64,000 nt of DNA from Candidatus Kaiserbacteria bacterium (GTDB taxonomy: Bacteria > Patescibacteriota > Minisyncoccia > Phycocordibacterales > UBA2100), in the NCBI GenBank assembly GCA_963767115.1, contig CAVYCR010000003.1:109377-173376 (forward strand), given 5' to 3'. The position numbers and the translations under genes were made by a program. Positions 50,001 through 57,519 of the stretch are shown in pieces (position 1 is the stretch's first letter; every line of letters starts with the position of its first letter). The notes beneath the pieces are model-generated. The model was not told the DNA's origin. It saw nothing but the letters and a program-made list of their open reading frames with translations, and ran no database searches.

Positions 50001-50941
50001 CCTCATATTCACGTCTTGAAGTCTGGGGCCCTGATTTCTCAGCTTCTACGACCGCTTTTCTCGTCTCAAATGCCGCTTCGACAACCGAGTTCGCCGTCCT
50101 CGACAACGGCAATGCGACGCTTGCCGGCAACCTGATTCAAAACTCTGACCAACGCCTCAAGACCAACATCACCGACCTCGATGGTTCAAGTTCGCTCGCC
50201 GAAATCAATGCGCTGAACCCGGTAACTTTCAACTGGATCGATCCGGCCAAAAGCTCAGTGCCGCAGTTCGGCTTCATTGCCCAGCAGGTGGAAGGAGTGT
50301 TCCCCAACCTAGTCTCCACAACCTCACCAACTGCCCTTACACCAGATGGCACGCTTTCACTCAACTACATTGATCTCGTATCTCCTATTGTGGCAGCCAT
50401 TCAAGAACTCTCGCGGGAGATTGCTTCAATCGAGAATACTGTTTCCGGATTTGCGACGATATTTCATACCAACGAGCTTTGCGTTGGCTCCACATGCGTG
50501 ACACCCGCACAGTTCGAGGCGATGGTTGCTGCGGCAAATCAGACAAACCAATCAGGAGAATCCTCCCAGAGTTCAAGTAGTTCGGACAATTCCTCAAATG
50601 CAACCGACACTCCGCCCGTCATAGAAATCAACGGCGCCAACCCTGCAACTATTCAAGTCGGCGCGACATACAACGACCTCGGTGCCACCATCATCGGACC
50701 AAGTGCTGATACGAACCTCGATATTACGACCTATCTCAACGGTATCGCTCTGTCCCCCATCACGATTGATACTTCAGCTGCTGCTACAGACACGATCGAC
50801 TACGTCGTGACTGATCAGAACGGCCTTACGAGTACATCCACACGCACCGTGATCATACAATCATTGAATACGATCGACGCTTCTACTTCAGTAGCCGACG
50901 ACGCAACAAGTACATCGGATACTTCCTCGACCAATCAATAA
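41003..50941 (+). CDS. giant secreted fibre protein 2 (about 3312 aa): signal peptide, N-terminal module paralogous to 36701, GGYTLTSTSSLG-type repeats, YadA-head/tail-fibre-like collar repeats, internal pectate-lyase-fold (tailspike-like) domain, C-terminal peptidase-S74 chaperone domain plus Ig-like domain
   Basis: Start chosen at ATG 41003 (MKSRLSVIVGFALLLAAPFAASA); the listed GTG at 40958 is also possible. The pectate-lyase-3-like segment is VIYADQYGTHHDGITDDTTAIQNALNAASSEGGGTVFIGPYRYLI (about 46090-46700). The S74 segment is ...LIQNSDQRLKTNITDLDGSSSLAEINALNPVTFNWIDPAKSSVPQFGFIAQQVEGVFPNLV, with predicted cleavage at 50146/50147. The C-terminal Ig module is near-identical to that of protein 1. 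Confidence 0.8.
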   Translation: MKSRLSVIVGFALLLAAPFAASATSYLPGQTLNPSCTPTDPTCIVVPNTTSSSFTATSSSATSTFAGSVTVSGNVAIGGLSGILRAVAGVITNTLVNLSSDVTGVLSIINGGTGISSAPSYGQVLVGNGSGGYTLTSTSSLGVAASGAVWGSIVGSIASQADLQSALGAKLGLAAWYATTTDALAQGSTNKYFANSLAQAAISVSGSPLTYTSGVIGINQASASQNGYLASTDWSNFNGKLASSSLSASYPLAYNSSTGVFSLGFGTTTANTFSSLQTFKGGASTSALTLGTGAGILQTNAAGVVSAGTVSLTSQVAGTLAQSNGGTGFNSYTAGAILYADGSGNLQELPAGSNGQVLKVAAGLPGWGVDLTSGGGGSNDGIFATTSSGVVYQLNTSNPVVIGSNSTSTANSIFEVSGQQYISTKLGIATTTPSTNLSVAGSGYFTGGLGIGTLNTAPGSLVVTGNTTLGSATSTNFFSTVANFTSAIATTFNASLANIAGLSVTNSTTTNATTTNLYAQSASIGSLGLSSALGIGSGGTGLASGPAYGQVLLGNGSGGYTLTSTSSLGITSGVWGNITGTLANQTDLQSALNLKLSSSSLSATYPLSYNNSSGIFSIGFGTTTSNSWAGTQTFNNISATNATTSNFGITGITNGVLATNGNGSVIATTSIGANYINGILGTINGTNFSRGGSITLGGASTTLLSDANTFSGSNIFSALSTFTTGILSNASSTFTSILNVNTVNLSNALGIGSGGTGLASAPTYGQLLLGNGSGGYTLTSTSSLGIANGFQWATNGSAISYSTGNVGIGTSSPGAALSVSGNTALAGTLSIQTSGTSTLTDLQGTSQYVFGSWAPRLWELADGTSLNPVTTTGATFKISRTEAVASSTCNNNNVDNECNAALLVESNANAIAASSSQQTDAIFAGAKGQPIGTDVVGLSAIGDVVGAGTGIGTGAYLEGRRDTATGLAKGLEVRVTNITSKAGTYYNAGESDTEGIWVTGNSSNGLPIGAGMSFGAINGSEFLTGIGFTTNSVASSTIRDDSSASTSIQINGNHTNAINIASNGTYALTTGANSGNVGIGTASPGYELTVSTTSGTQAYFGSTGSHNGGIIIDNAAGGFQSVINLLNAGTQIFQIGKQTDNSFFMYDASNTRNFLTYSPTSQNLILNSAAVGNVGIGTTTPGSLLSVGGVANFSTATSTFYSSGGINLTNGCFALNGTCITGGGGSNYWTSSAGTLYNNTGASIGINNASPSYPLDVGGFINTSALTGGFKQGGTTLLYASTTNLSTFVGFNAGANVLTIATSSSLTSGAYNTVLGYQALQNATSSQNVAIGYQALQGNSSSGDSSGNQNVGVGYQSLRYNAGGSDNSALGYIALLNNTSGTLNTALGYQALTGNTGGSNNLAIGPFALDGNQTGVSNVAVGRNAMLNELNGSSNVAVGMGAGDGVASNSFSNNVLLGYYSGFGLSTGGNNILLGYQAASTTATGGNNIALGYNIDLPSANGSNQLDIGNLIYGTGINGTLNTVSTGNIGIGESAPLAKLDIANSSATSSLLLRGGNNQTSSTTNQIVFSYAGTANYESALKTRSNSAGNSGNDIDFYLWNTTDGAASIANNPAFTIDGAGGIAVGQGYAGAGGITPPANGAIIQGNVGIGTTSPSSALSLNGNALFGGNLNVIGNITGNYPFSQYGTGAVAEPIITTVGRVIYADQYGTHHDGITDDTTAIQNALNAASSEGGGTVFIGPYRYLINSANLTIPSQVTLSGEAWPGVPSAGNFGTKPYTLVLNPTYTIIGSDNAGLQDLLILKSGMTSPTSTRSSMNLVASYAGTAITGAGNDFSVQNVTVGGFNTCFYSSGYARMVLNQFFGDCTNGLVADNVHDIGKLHNIEFWSFLSVGFGGAYVVAYPVSNVSNSSGNYDVTIPTNVFQTGDTVWVSGVGGAVGANGKWIATVAGPNDLILQNSAVSPSVVGTTTASSYEVSVATTTALYAGEGVSGTGIPSGDTVAQVSSPASVIWLTQAATASGTNVTLSFTNGTYTSGGNVYIDTTIRNGTAYTITHSEGLECNDCSDIGHQIGFYLGAGASGINIINGVSDYDGNLQDPTAINLEVTSTSTASDWNGGWMDSKNTSIYNANASGPATTVSGVNISTESGGTTADVESGRLIISNSQQWNASDILVGSGTGSLTMNGDDMVHTTMLPANSATLAELSIDGSTQLKSNSVDQGLASFSSPLNGNTGAGTGALTLYLGTTTTGFETAFGNNALQNATSSSDDVAVGYGALTGSATISSVGSNTAIGWNTLNLNTSGHGNAALGAGALYRNTSGSFNIGIGNSALAFNTTGSSNVGIGASALWFNTGSQNTAIGYQAGEGVNGSSSGGSNTFFGYNTGFGDTTGASNLYIGNNVASTSATGSFNVALGYDIALPSVNGSNQLDIGNLLFGTNLTQGTTVSTGNFGIGTSSPGSIFSVGGVGNWTTGTSTMYSSGGINLSGGCFAVNGTCITTSSGGGGSSASTTLLTDNDTFSGAEFFTKPINTSGTTGGYDIDGNLILQASSTLASTLVGQNAGSSLTTSFGNVALGYGALQYATSSPDNVAIGYNALNAFTFAIPANPGAVGDMTAVGYNALASSTNGYINTAIGYESMYESTSTVENTCVGWTSCGDLQNQFLSTAGSYNVGVGAGALWHDTTGDNNVSVGSDNMRNTVGAQGDVAVGEGSIRNGVPNADIGIGVYALRGQGWYDGNAATSTEADDIAIGTYAMSTTSLTTAQYDTAVGHYSSQNLINGNYNVAFGAFTLQNATSSNNNVAIGYNALLGSSTVSSVGNNTAIGYNSLENDASGASNTALGYSSLASNTSGGNNVGLGYGALTANLAGNNNVAIGLNSLANDNTSGSTGIGASSLLYSTGAGNTAVGFLAGQGVNGSSSGTFNSLFGYQSGFGLTTGAANILLGTNAASTTASGSFNIALGYDVALPSQNGSNQLDIGNLIYGTGINGQGSNVSTGNIGIGTTTSYSRLEVWGPDFSASTTAFLVSNAASTTEFAVLDNGNATLAGNLIQNSDQRLKTNITDLDGSSSLAEINALNPVTFNWIDPAKSSVPQFGFIAQQVEGVFPNLVSTTSPTALTPDGTLSLNYIDLVSPIVAAIQELSREIASIENTVSGFATIFHTNELCVGSTCVTPAQFEAMVAAANQTNQSGESSQSSSSSDNSSNATDTPPVIEINGANPATIQVGATYNDLGATIIGPSADTNLDITTYLNGIALSPITIDTSAAATDTIDYVVTDQNGLTSTSTRTVIIQSLNTIDASTSVADDATSTSDTSSTNQ

Positions 50942-50970
50942 AGGTTTAGAAACTGAATCCACTTGTGTCA

Positions 50971-50999
50971 AAAACCACCCTAATAACGGGTGGTTTTTG
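50971..50999. terminator. bidirectional intrinsic terminator between the giant gene and 51029..52234
   Basis: aaaaccaccc-taataac-gggtggttttt forms a GC stem with A-run and T-run flanks. Confidence 0.8.
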
Positions 51000-51028
51000 T
51001 TTGCTAAACAATTTGCTCGGTTGCATTA

Positions 51029-52234
51029 CTATTGTGTGCGACGGCGCATGACGTAGTACGAGCTGCCCAAGACTACAGCTGCAGAGAGCGCGAGTACCAA
51101 GAAGTTCATTGGTGCCTCGCCGCCTGCGCCGGTGTTTGGTGTGCCAGGAGTAGTTACTGTCACTCCGGTGCCGGTCGTACCGGTAGTTGTCGTGGTCGTA
51201 GTGGGTGCAGTGATCATAACCGTACCGGAAGTCGGCTCAACGATGCCCGAGGTTGTAGTCTCTACGATCGGCATAAACGAGCCGCTTGTGCTACCACTTG
51301 CTGTCACTGCTGACGGTACGACAGCGATACCAATCGTGCTACCTACTGAAGCCGCAGAGGACGCATTGCATGTGAGCGCGAGGATATCTGCAGAACCTGC
51401 CGATATAGTAAGCGGCGTGTCGAGCGTGAAGGTGTTGGTGCCGTTTACCGGCGCATTGATGGCGTTGAGTCCTGTGTTGAGCGAGCTTGCGAGACTCGCA
51501 GCCGTATGCAGCGAACAATCCGAAAGATAATTCGAAGCAAGCGACGCATTGCTACTCGTCACCGTGAACGAAAGCGGGATCGAGGAGATGCTCACCGGCT
51601 GGTTGGAATTGGAGGCGTCAAGCGTGACGAGCGCCAATACCGCGTTCTGTGCGCCAGCGCGAACGCTTGCGATCGGCGAGAGCATTACGCCGAGCGCGCT
51701 CGTGCCTGTAGTCGTGCTCGTCGTCGGTGCCATAGCAGACGTAATGACGGGCGTTCCCGCGGTGAATTGATACATTGCGCCCGACGGGCTCGATGAGCTC
51801 ACTGCACAATCGAGATTGAGCGTGACGGATGTGTTGGCAGGGACCGTAAGCGGCGCATTAAGGACGAAGGTGTTGGTCCCGCTTGCGATCGTCGGAATGT
51901 TGGTGCCCGTGTTGAGGGCGGTGCTACTTGCTGTATTCATAAGCTGACAATTGGAGAGGTACGAGGGCACCCCGCCGCTGCTGGTCGAAAACATGAACGG
52001 GATCGACGAGACGGTGTATGTCTCACTGTTGGTACCGGTAAGCGTCACCAACGCCATCGTGCCGGAGGATCCCGCGACAGGCGTGGAAGCGGGTGCTGCG
52101 GTCGAGACATTCACAGTATTGACTGTCTGCGCCGAAGCGGAGCCCGTCATCAACGCCACAGCGAGGAGCATTGCCACCCCCCCTGCAATAACCCCGATAT
52201 TTCTCCCAGTACTTCTGATTGTTCTAGATTTCAT
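51029..52234 (-). CDS. Ser/Thr-rich cell-surface protein with two about 130-aa internal repeats and a C-terminal LPXTG-like (TPNTG) sorting signal
   Basis: Signal peptide MKSRTIRSTGRNIGVIAGGVAMLLAVALMTGSASA. The C-terminus is TPGTPNTGAGGEAPMNFLVLALSAAVVLGSSYYVMRRRTQ, i.e. motif, hydrophobic span, then a basic tail. Confidence 0.55.
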   Translation of the reverse strand: MKSRTIRSTGRNIGVIAGGVAMLLAVALMTGSASAQTVNTVNVSTAAPASTPVAGSSGTMALVTLTGTNSETYTVSSIPFMFSTSSGGVPSYLSNCQLMNTASSTALNTGTNIPTIASGTNTFVLNAPLTVPANTSVTLNLDCAVSSSSPSGAMYQFTAGTPVITSAMAPTTSTTTGTSALGVMLSPIASVRAGAQNAVLALVTLDASNSNQPVSISSIPLSFTVTSSNASLASNYLSDCSLHTAASLASSLNTGLNAINAPVNGTNTFTLDTPLTISAGSADILALTCNASSAASVGSTIGIAVVPSAVTASGSTSGSFMPIVETTTSGIVEPTSGTVMITAPTTTTTTTGTTGTGVTVTTPGTPNTGAGGEAPMNFLVLALSAAVVLGSSYYVMRRRTQ

Positions 52235-52352
52235 ACTGACTGATTAATTAAGACTGCTACTACTAATAGCATCATCTAATACCAAGAGCGATTAAGCCTC
52301 CATGAAGGCGCAGTAGGCACTCATACCTGAGGAGTTTGCTATACTGGCCCCC

Positions 52353-53246
52353 ATGCAAGACAAGCTCGTGATCGGCACTCGCGGAAGCAAGCTCGCGCTC
52401 GCGCAGACGAGACTCGTTCTCGAAGCGATGAGACAGATACTCCCGACGGTCACCATCGAGACCAAAATCATCACCACTACCGGCGACATCAACACCTCGC
52501 CCATCCCGCAGACTACTATCGGCAAGGCATGGTTCACCGCAGAGATCGAGGAAGAGCTCGCCTCCGGGGCGATCGACATCGCCGTACACAGTCTCAAAGA
52601 CGTGCCGCCTGCCGTGAAAGAAGGCACGACAGTGTTGCCGGTCTTGCGCCGCGGCGATCCGCGCGATGTCTTGATCGCAGCCGATGTGCGCAGCTTTTCA
52701 GAGCTCCCGCGCGGCGCACGCATCGGCACTGACAGCGCACGACGCAAGGCGCTCCTTTTTGCGTTACGAAGCGACCTCTCCGTAGAGAGCATCCGCGGCA
52801 ACGTCGACACCCGCCTGCGCAAGATGCATGAGGAAGGCTACGACGCGATCGTGCTCGCGGCCGCGGGCCTTCAACGGCTCGACATGCTGGGACTCGTGAA
52901 CGAATTCTTCCCTATCGAGACTTTCACTCCTGCACCGGGTCAGGGAGTGCTTGCCGTACAGATCAAGAGTGACAACGCGGAATTACTTACAACACTACAG
53001 GCGATCCAGGACCCTGACACCGTCGTCGCCGTTGATGCTGAATTTTCATTCGTGAAGACGCTCGGCGGAGGCTGCAAGAGCCCGGTCGGTGCCTACGCGC
53101 TCCCGCAAGGCGACGCCTTGCGGTTGTATGGCATGGCCGTCGGCTCTTCCGGCACACTCTTCGATACCGAGACGGGCCCGCGCTCCGAAGCCGCACACAT
53201 CGGAAGCACCCTCGGCGAGCGTTTGACCAAGATGATACATGAATAA
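52353..53246 (+). CDS. hemC: hydroxymethylbilane synthase (porphobilinogen deaminase)
   Basis: KLVIGTRGSKLALAQT... matches HemC over its full length. Confidence 0.9.
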   Translation: MQDKLVIGTRGSKLALAQTRLVLEAMRQILPTVTIETKIITTTGDINTSPIPQTTIGKAWFTAEIEEELASGAIDIAVHSLKDVPPAVKEGTTVLPVLRRGDPRDVLIAADVRSFSELPRGARIGTDSARRKALLFALRSDLSVESIRGNVDTRLRKMHEEGYDAIVLAAAGLQRLDMLGLVNEFFPIETFTPAPGQGVLAVQIKSDNAELLTTLQAIQDPDTVVAVDAEFSFVKTLGGGCKSPVGAYALPQGDALRLYGMAVGSSGTLFDTETGPRSEAAHIGSTLGERLTKMIHE

Positions 53247-53991
53247 TACGACATATATCGTGGTGACCGGCGCCGAGGACGAGTGCCGCGCACTTGCCGC
53301 GCGCATGAGCGAGCTCGGCCTCAGCACGTCTGCCCTGCCGACGATCCGCATACGCAAGCGGTCCTTGAGCGCTTCGTCCAAGAGGTTCATGGCGGGTCTC
53401 GAGGACTACGACTACATTCTTTTCACGAGCGCGCATGCCGCGCGCTTTTTCGACGAGGCATTGCGCGCACTCCGGATCAAGCGTCCGCGCGGCGTTTCCA
53501 TTGCAGCCGTCGGCCCCGCGACCGCGCGTGCACTCCGAGAAGTCGACCTCTCGCCGCGAATCATCGCGAAAAACCCCGGCGCTTCCGCGCTCGTAAGCCA
53601 ACTGCGGAATATCAAGGGCAAACGCATCCTCTTCCCCCGCTCTACAATCGCGTCGAAAGAAACTCTCGAGTCGTTGCGTACTAGGGGTGCATCGGTCGAT
53701 GTAATTCCTTTGTATATGACCTCTTCAATCGCGATATCGGGCCCTGCGTTCGCTCGAGCATTCAAGAATCCGGTGACACAAATCGTCTTCTTGAGCCCGT
53801 CGAGTGTGGACAGCTTCGCAAAGAATCTGCGCAGCGCTATACTGCGCAAGCGCGTGCTTGAGGCGAAAGTCTTCGCGATCGGTACGACGACTGCGAGCGC
53901 GGCACGCGATGCGGGCTTTATCCACGTAGCGATCGCGCGGCCGTCAACGACCGACGGCATTGTGCAAATGTTCAAATCAAAAGCCTTATGA
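53239..53991 (+). CDS. hemD: uroporphyrinogen-III synthase
   Basis: DYILFTSAHAARFF and IAAVGPATARAL are HemD hallmarks. It overlaps the hemC stop. Confidence 0.65.
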   Translation: MNNTTYIVVTGAEDECRALAARMSELGLSTSALPTIRIRKRSLSASSKRFMAGLEDYDYILFTSAHAARFFDEALRALRIKRPRGVSIAAVGPATARALREVDLSPRIIAKNPGASALVSQLRNIKGKRILFPRSTIASKETLESLRTRGASVDVIPLYMTSSIAISGPAFARAFKNPVTQIVFLSPSSVDSFAKNLRSAILRKRVLEAKVFAIGTTTASAARDAGFIHVAIARPSTTDGIVQMFKSKAL

Positions 53992-54638
53992 CACACAGTT
54001 ATCTCTTCTTGGATACGATGCCGAGCATCAGAGAGCTCTCGCCGAGCGATCTTGATTCATACAAACGCGAATTTGAAGAAGTCATCACGAATCGTCCCGA
54101 GATATATGTGCGCTCCTATGCGACACTCGCTCTCAAGGTCGGTTCACGATTCATGCTGCATCTGCGTGCCGAGGATGCGACGACGATACAGGACCTAGCA
54201 CGTGAGCTCTTGCACACTCGTCTCGGCAAGCATCTCGTTATCACCTATACACTCCTCGGCATAACGCGTCCGTCGCCCTACAATCCGAAAGGTACCGAAT
54301 CCGAAGAAGAAGACCCGGGCCGCACCTATCTGATTGTGTATCCATTTACAAAGACTATTGAATGGCACCTCCTGCCCAAGGAGGAGCGCGGCCGCATCAT
54401 GAAAGACCACGTAAGCGTCGGCAAGAAGTTCAACGACGATATTTCGCAACTCCTGCTCTATAGCTACGGCATTGACGACCACGAATTCATCGTCTCGTAC
54501 CAGACGGAGAGCCTGCTGCATTTCCAAACGCTCGTCATGGAACTGCGCGGCACCGAAGGCCGCGGCCATACCGAGCGCGACACGCCGATTTTCACTTGTG
54601 TACGGAAGACTATTACTGAAGTGTTGGATTTTATATGA
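53988..54638 (+). CDS. hemQ: chlorite-dismutase-family coproheme decarboxylase (HemQ/ChdC)
   Basis: YLIVYPFTKTIEWHLLPKEERGRIMKDHVSVGKKF... is Cld-like. It sits in hemC-hemD-(this)-hemE-hemH synteny. Confidence 0.65.
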   Translation: MTHSYLFLDTMPSIRELSPSDLDSYKREFEEVITNRPEIYVRSYATLALKVGSRFMLHLRAEDATTIQDLARELLHTRLGKHLVITYTLLGITRPSPYNPKGTESEEEDPGRTYLIVYPFTKTIEWHLLPKEERGRIMKDHVSVGKKFNDDISQLLLYSYGIDDHEFIVSYQTESLLHFQTLVMELRGTEGRGHTERDTPIFTCVRKTITEVLDFI

Positions 54639-54750
54639 GCGGAAATGACAAAGGTATTTTTTCGTTCTGCGGGACGCATAGCGCCCTCACGCCCCTGCGG
54701 GGCTGCGGGTTCGGTCCTCGAACGAAAAAATACCTTTGTCATTTCCGCTC
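54637..54750. repeat. long perfect palindromic element: 31-bp stems (54637-54667 / 54720-54750), 52-nt loop, directly after the hemQ stop
   Basis: gagcggaaatgacaaaggtattttttcgttc and its exact reverse complement flank the loop. The loop contains the mini-hairpin cccctgcgggg. Confidence 0.85.
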
Positions 54751-54762
54751 TCACGTTCGAGT

Positions 54763-55767
54763 ATGAACACCTTCCTCGATGCAGCGGCAGGTAAGAGGGT
54801 CGACAAGATTCCAGTCTGGTTCATGCGCCAAGCGGGGCGCTCGCTCCCCGGCTATCGCAAGCTCCGCGAACAGTACGACGTGCTCACGCTCACCCAGACC
54901 CCCGAGCTTGCAGCACAAGTTTCTCTCGAGCCCATAGAGCGGCTCGGCGTCGACGCGGCGATACTCTTCGCTGACATCATGCTCCTGCCGATTGCGCTTG
55001 GAGTCGACGTGAAGATCGTCGACGGCGTCGGGCCGATCATTGACGAGCCGATCACGTGCGCCCACGACCTTGTAAAGCTCCGGCCTTTCCAAGCTGACAG
55101 TATCGCCTACCTGCAATCCACAATCAGATTGTTGCGCGGTGAGCTGAAGGTCCCGCTCATCGGCTTTTCCGGCGCGCCCTTTACGCTTGCGAGCTATCTC
55201 ATTGAGGGCAAGCCGTCGCGCACCTGGGGCCTGACCAAACGATTTATGTACGATCAACCGCAGGCGTGGAATGAACTGATGACCAAGCTTTCAGATGCGA
55301 CCATCCTGTATCTAAAAGCACAGGTGGATGCTGGCGCGCAGGCGGTGCAGATTTTCGACAGCTGGGTCGGATGCCTCTCCCCGGACGACTACCGCGCGTA
55401 CGTGCTGCCTCATATGCAAAGGATTTTCTCAGGCCTCAGAGAGGCAAATGTTCCGCGCATCCATTTCGCTACCAACACGGCCGGCATGCTTGCTGATTTC
55501 TCAGACGTCGATTGCGAAGTGATCGGCGTCGACTGGCGCGTGCGGCTCGCTGAGGCACGAAGTGTCGTCGGCACGAAATCATTGCAAGGCAACCTCGACC
55601 CCGCGATTCTTCTTGCCGAATGGGACATCATCAAGGCGAAGGTCGACTCGATGTTCTCGGAGATCGATCCGCATCAGAGTTATATTTTCAATCTCGGGCA
55701 CGGCGTATTGCCGGAGAGCGACGACGCAAAAGTACGCAAACTTGTCGAGTATGTCCACACCAAATAA
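54763..55767 (+). CDS. hemE: uroporphyrinogen decarboxylase
   Basis: MNTFLDAAAGKRVDKIPVWFMRQAGRSLPGYR is the canonical HemE N-terminus. The listed start at 54736 lies inside the palindromic element and is rejected. Confidence 0.85.
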   Translation: MNTFLDAAAGKRVDKIPVWFMRQAGRSLPGYRKLREQYDVLTLTQTPELAAQVSLEPIERLGVDAAILFADIMLLPIALGVDVKIVDGVGPIIDEPITCAHDLVKLRPFQADSIAYLQSTIRLLRGELKVPLIGFSGAPFTLASYLIEGKPSRTWGLTKRFMYDQPQAWNELMTKLSDATILYLKAQVDAGAQAVQIFDSWVGCLSPDDYRAYVLPHMQRIFSGLREANVPRIHFATNTAGMLADFSDVDCEVIGVDWRVRLAEARSVVGTKSLQGNLDPAILLAEWDIIKAKVDSMFSEIDPHQSYIFNLGHGVLPESDDAKVRKLVEYVHTK

Positions 55768-56662
55768 GACCGGTATCATTCTCATGACCTACGGCTCGGC
55801 AACGACTGCCGAACACGTCGAGGAATACATGCATCGCATCTATGGCGGCAAGGCTTCGCAAGAGCTGGTTGACGATTTCAAGATGCGTTATCGGCTCGTC
55901 GGTCATTCGCCCTTGATCGAAATAGCCCACAATCAAGCCATACTTTTGCAAGAGAGACTCGGCGGCGATTACATCGTGCGCTCCGCCATGCGGCATTCCG
56001 CACCATTCATAAATGATATGGTCGCCGAATGTCGTGCAGAAGGCGCTGAGAAAATAGTCGGCATCATTCTCTCGCCGCAATTTTCGTCATTCATAATGGA
56101 AGGATATCGCACCGCGCTCTACGAAGCCGGCAAACGTAATGGGTTAGCGATGTCCGACATCACTATTGCCGAGCCTTGGCCTACCGAAAAACATTTCATA
56201 GAACTCCTCGCGAAACGCGTGAAGGAGAAAACGGCAATTCTTGAAACATTGCATGGCGCGAAAATCCCTGTCGTCTTCACCACGCATTCGCTCCCGGAGC
56301 GCGTGGTCGCCAAAGATCCAACATATCTTGACCAACTCAAAGCGACTACCGACGCGGTACTCGCCAAGCTCAACGACCCCGAGCTCGAGTGGTACGCGGG
56401 GTATCAGAGCGCAGGGCACACGCCGGAGACGTGGCTCAAGCCCGACCTCACCGATATCTTGAAGATCCTGCGCGAGAAAAATTCGCCCGCCGTCCTCATC
56501 GTGCCGATCCAGTTCCTCGCCGATCACCTCGAGATACTCTATGACCTCGACATCGAGGGCGCGAAGCAGTGCGCGGAGCGCGAGATCGCCTACAACCGCA
56601 TCGACCTCCCCAACACCGACCCGCTCTTCATCGATTCGCTCGCGGCGATCGCACGAATGTAG
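55751..56662 (+). CDS. hemH: ferrochelatase (coproporphyrin ferrochelatase type)
   Basis: MSTPNKTGIILMTYGSATTAEHVEEYMHRIYGG... matches the HemH/CpfC N-terminus. The upstream 63 codons of the listed ORF are an out-of-frame overlap with hemE. Confidence 0.8.
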   Translation: MSTPNKTGIILMTYGSATTAEHVEEYMHRIYGGKASQELVDDFKMRYRLVGHSPLIEIAHNQAILLQERLGGDYIVRSAMRHSAPFINDMVAECRAEGAEKIVGIILSPQFSSFIMEGYRTALYEAGKRNGLAMSDITIAEPWPTEKHFIELLAKRVKEKTAILETLHGAKIPVVFTTHSLPERVVAKDPTYLDQLKATTDAVLAKLNDPELEWYAGYQSAGHTPETWLKPDLTDILKILREKNSPAVLIVPIQFLADHLEILYDLDIEGAKQCAEREIAYNRIDLPNTDPLFIDSLAAIARM

Positions 56663-56682
56663 ATTCGCGATATACTTTGCAC

Positions 56683-57519
56683 ATGCTCACCATTCTTCAG
56701 GCAATCGTGCTCGGCCTTCTGCAGGGCTTTACCGAACTCTTCCCGATCTCGAGCCTCGGGCACAGCGTGATCGTGCCGGCGCTCCTGCATTGGCAGATCG
56801 ACCAATCGAGCGACGAATTTGTCTCGTTCGTAGTATTGACGCATTTTGCGACATCGCTCGTCATGATCGGCTTCTTCTGGAGAGAATGGGTCGCCGTAGT
56901 CTTGGGCATGGTGCGCTCGATCGCGAAATTCAAGATCGACACTGCATACGGCAAGCTCGGCTGGCTCATCGTCGTGAGCACGATCCCCGCGGGAGTGCTC
57001 GGCTTACTGTTTCAAAACCAGCTGCAGAGCCTCTTCGGCGATGCGCTCTTGGTAAGCATCATTTTGATCCTCAACGGCTTCCTGCTCTACGCCGCGGAAT
57101 TCTTCCGCAAGCCCGCACCAGAGGGCAAACCCGACGATCGCGACATCGCGCATCTCTCGTGGACCAAGGCTCTCATGATCGGGCTCGCGCAATGCCTTGC
57201 GCTCATTCCAGGATTCTCCCGCACCGGCTCCACGATGACGGCAGGACTCATCAGCGGTCTCTCACACGAGAACGCGGCGCGTTATTCCTTCTTCCTCGCA
57301 GGCCCGATCATCCTCGCGGCCGCAGCGCTCAAGGTGCCGCACGTGTTTCATTATCGGGCAGGATTGCTTGCAGCACTCGTGGGCGCTGTGTGCGCCGCTG
57401 CGAGCGCGTATATTTCGGTGCGATTCCTCGTGAAATATTTCGAAGCGAAGACACTCAAGCCCTTCGCACTTTACTGCATCGTTGCCGGCGCGGTCTCGTG
57501 CGCGATATTGTTGGCGTAG
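56683..57519 (+). CDS. uppP: undecaprenyl-diphosphatase (BacA/UppP)
   Basis: MLTILQAIVLGLLQGFTELFPISSLGHSVIV... matches UppP. The alternative-frame ORF 56541..57710 is spurious. Confidence 0.85.
   Translation: MLTILQAIVLGLLQGFTELFPISSLGHSVIVPALLHWQIDQSSDEFVSFVVLTHFATSLVMIGFFWREWVAVVLGMVRSIAKFKIDTAYGKLGWLIVVSTIPAGVLGLLFQNQLQSLFGDALLVSIILILNGFLLYAAEFFRKPAPEGKPDDRDIAHLSWTKALMIGLAQCLALIPGFSRTGSTMTAGLISGLSHENAARYSFFLAGPIILAAAALKVPHVFHYRAGLLAALVGAVCAAASAYISVRFLVKYFEAKTLKPFALYCIVAGAVSCAILLA

Noticed and set aside
54736-54762. The listed hemE start at 54736 (MSFPLSRSS...).
   Set aside because: These codons lie inside the right arm of the 54637-54750 palindrome. The conserved HemE N-terminus begins at MNTFLD (54763).
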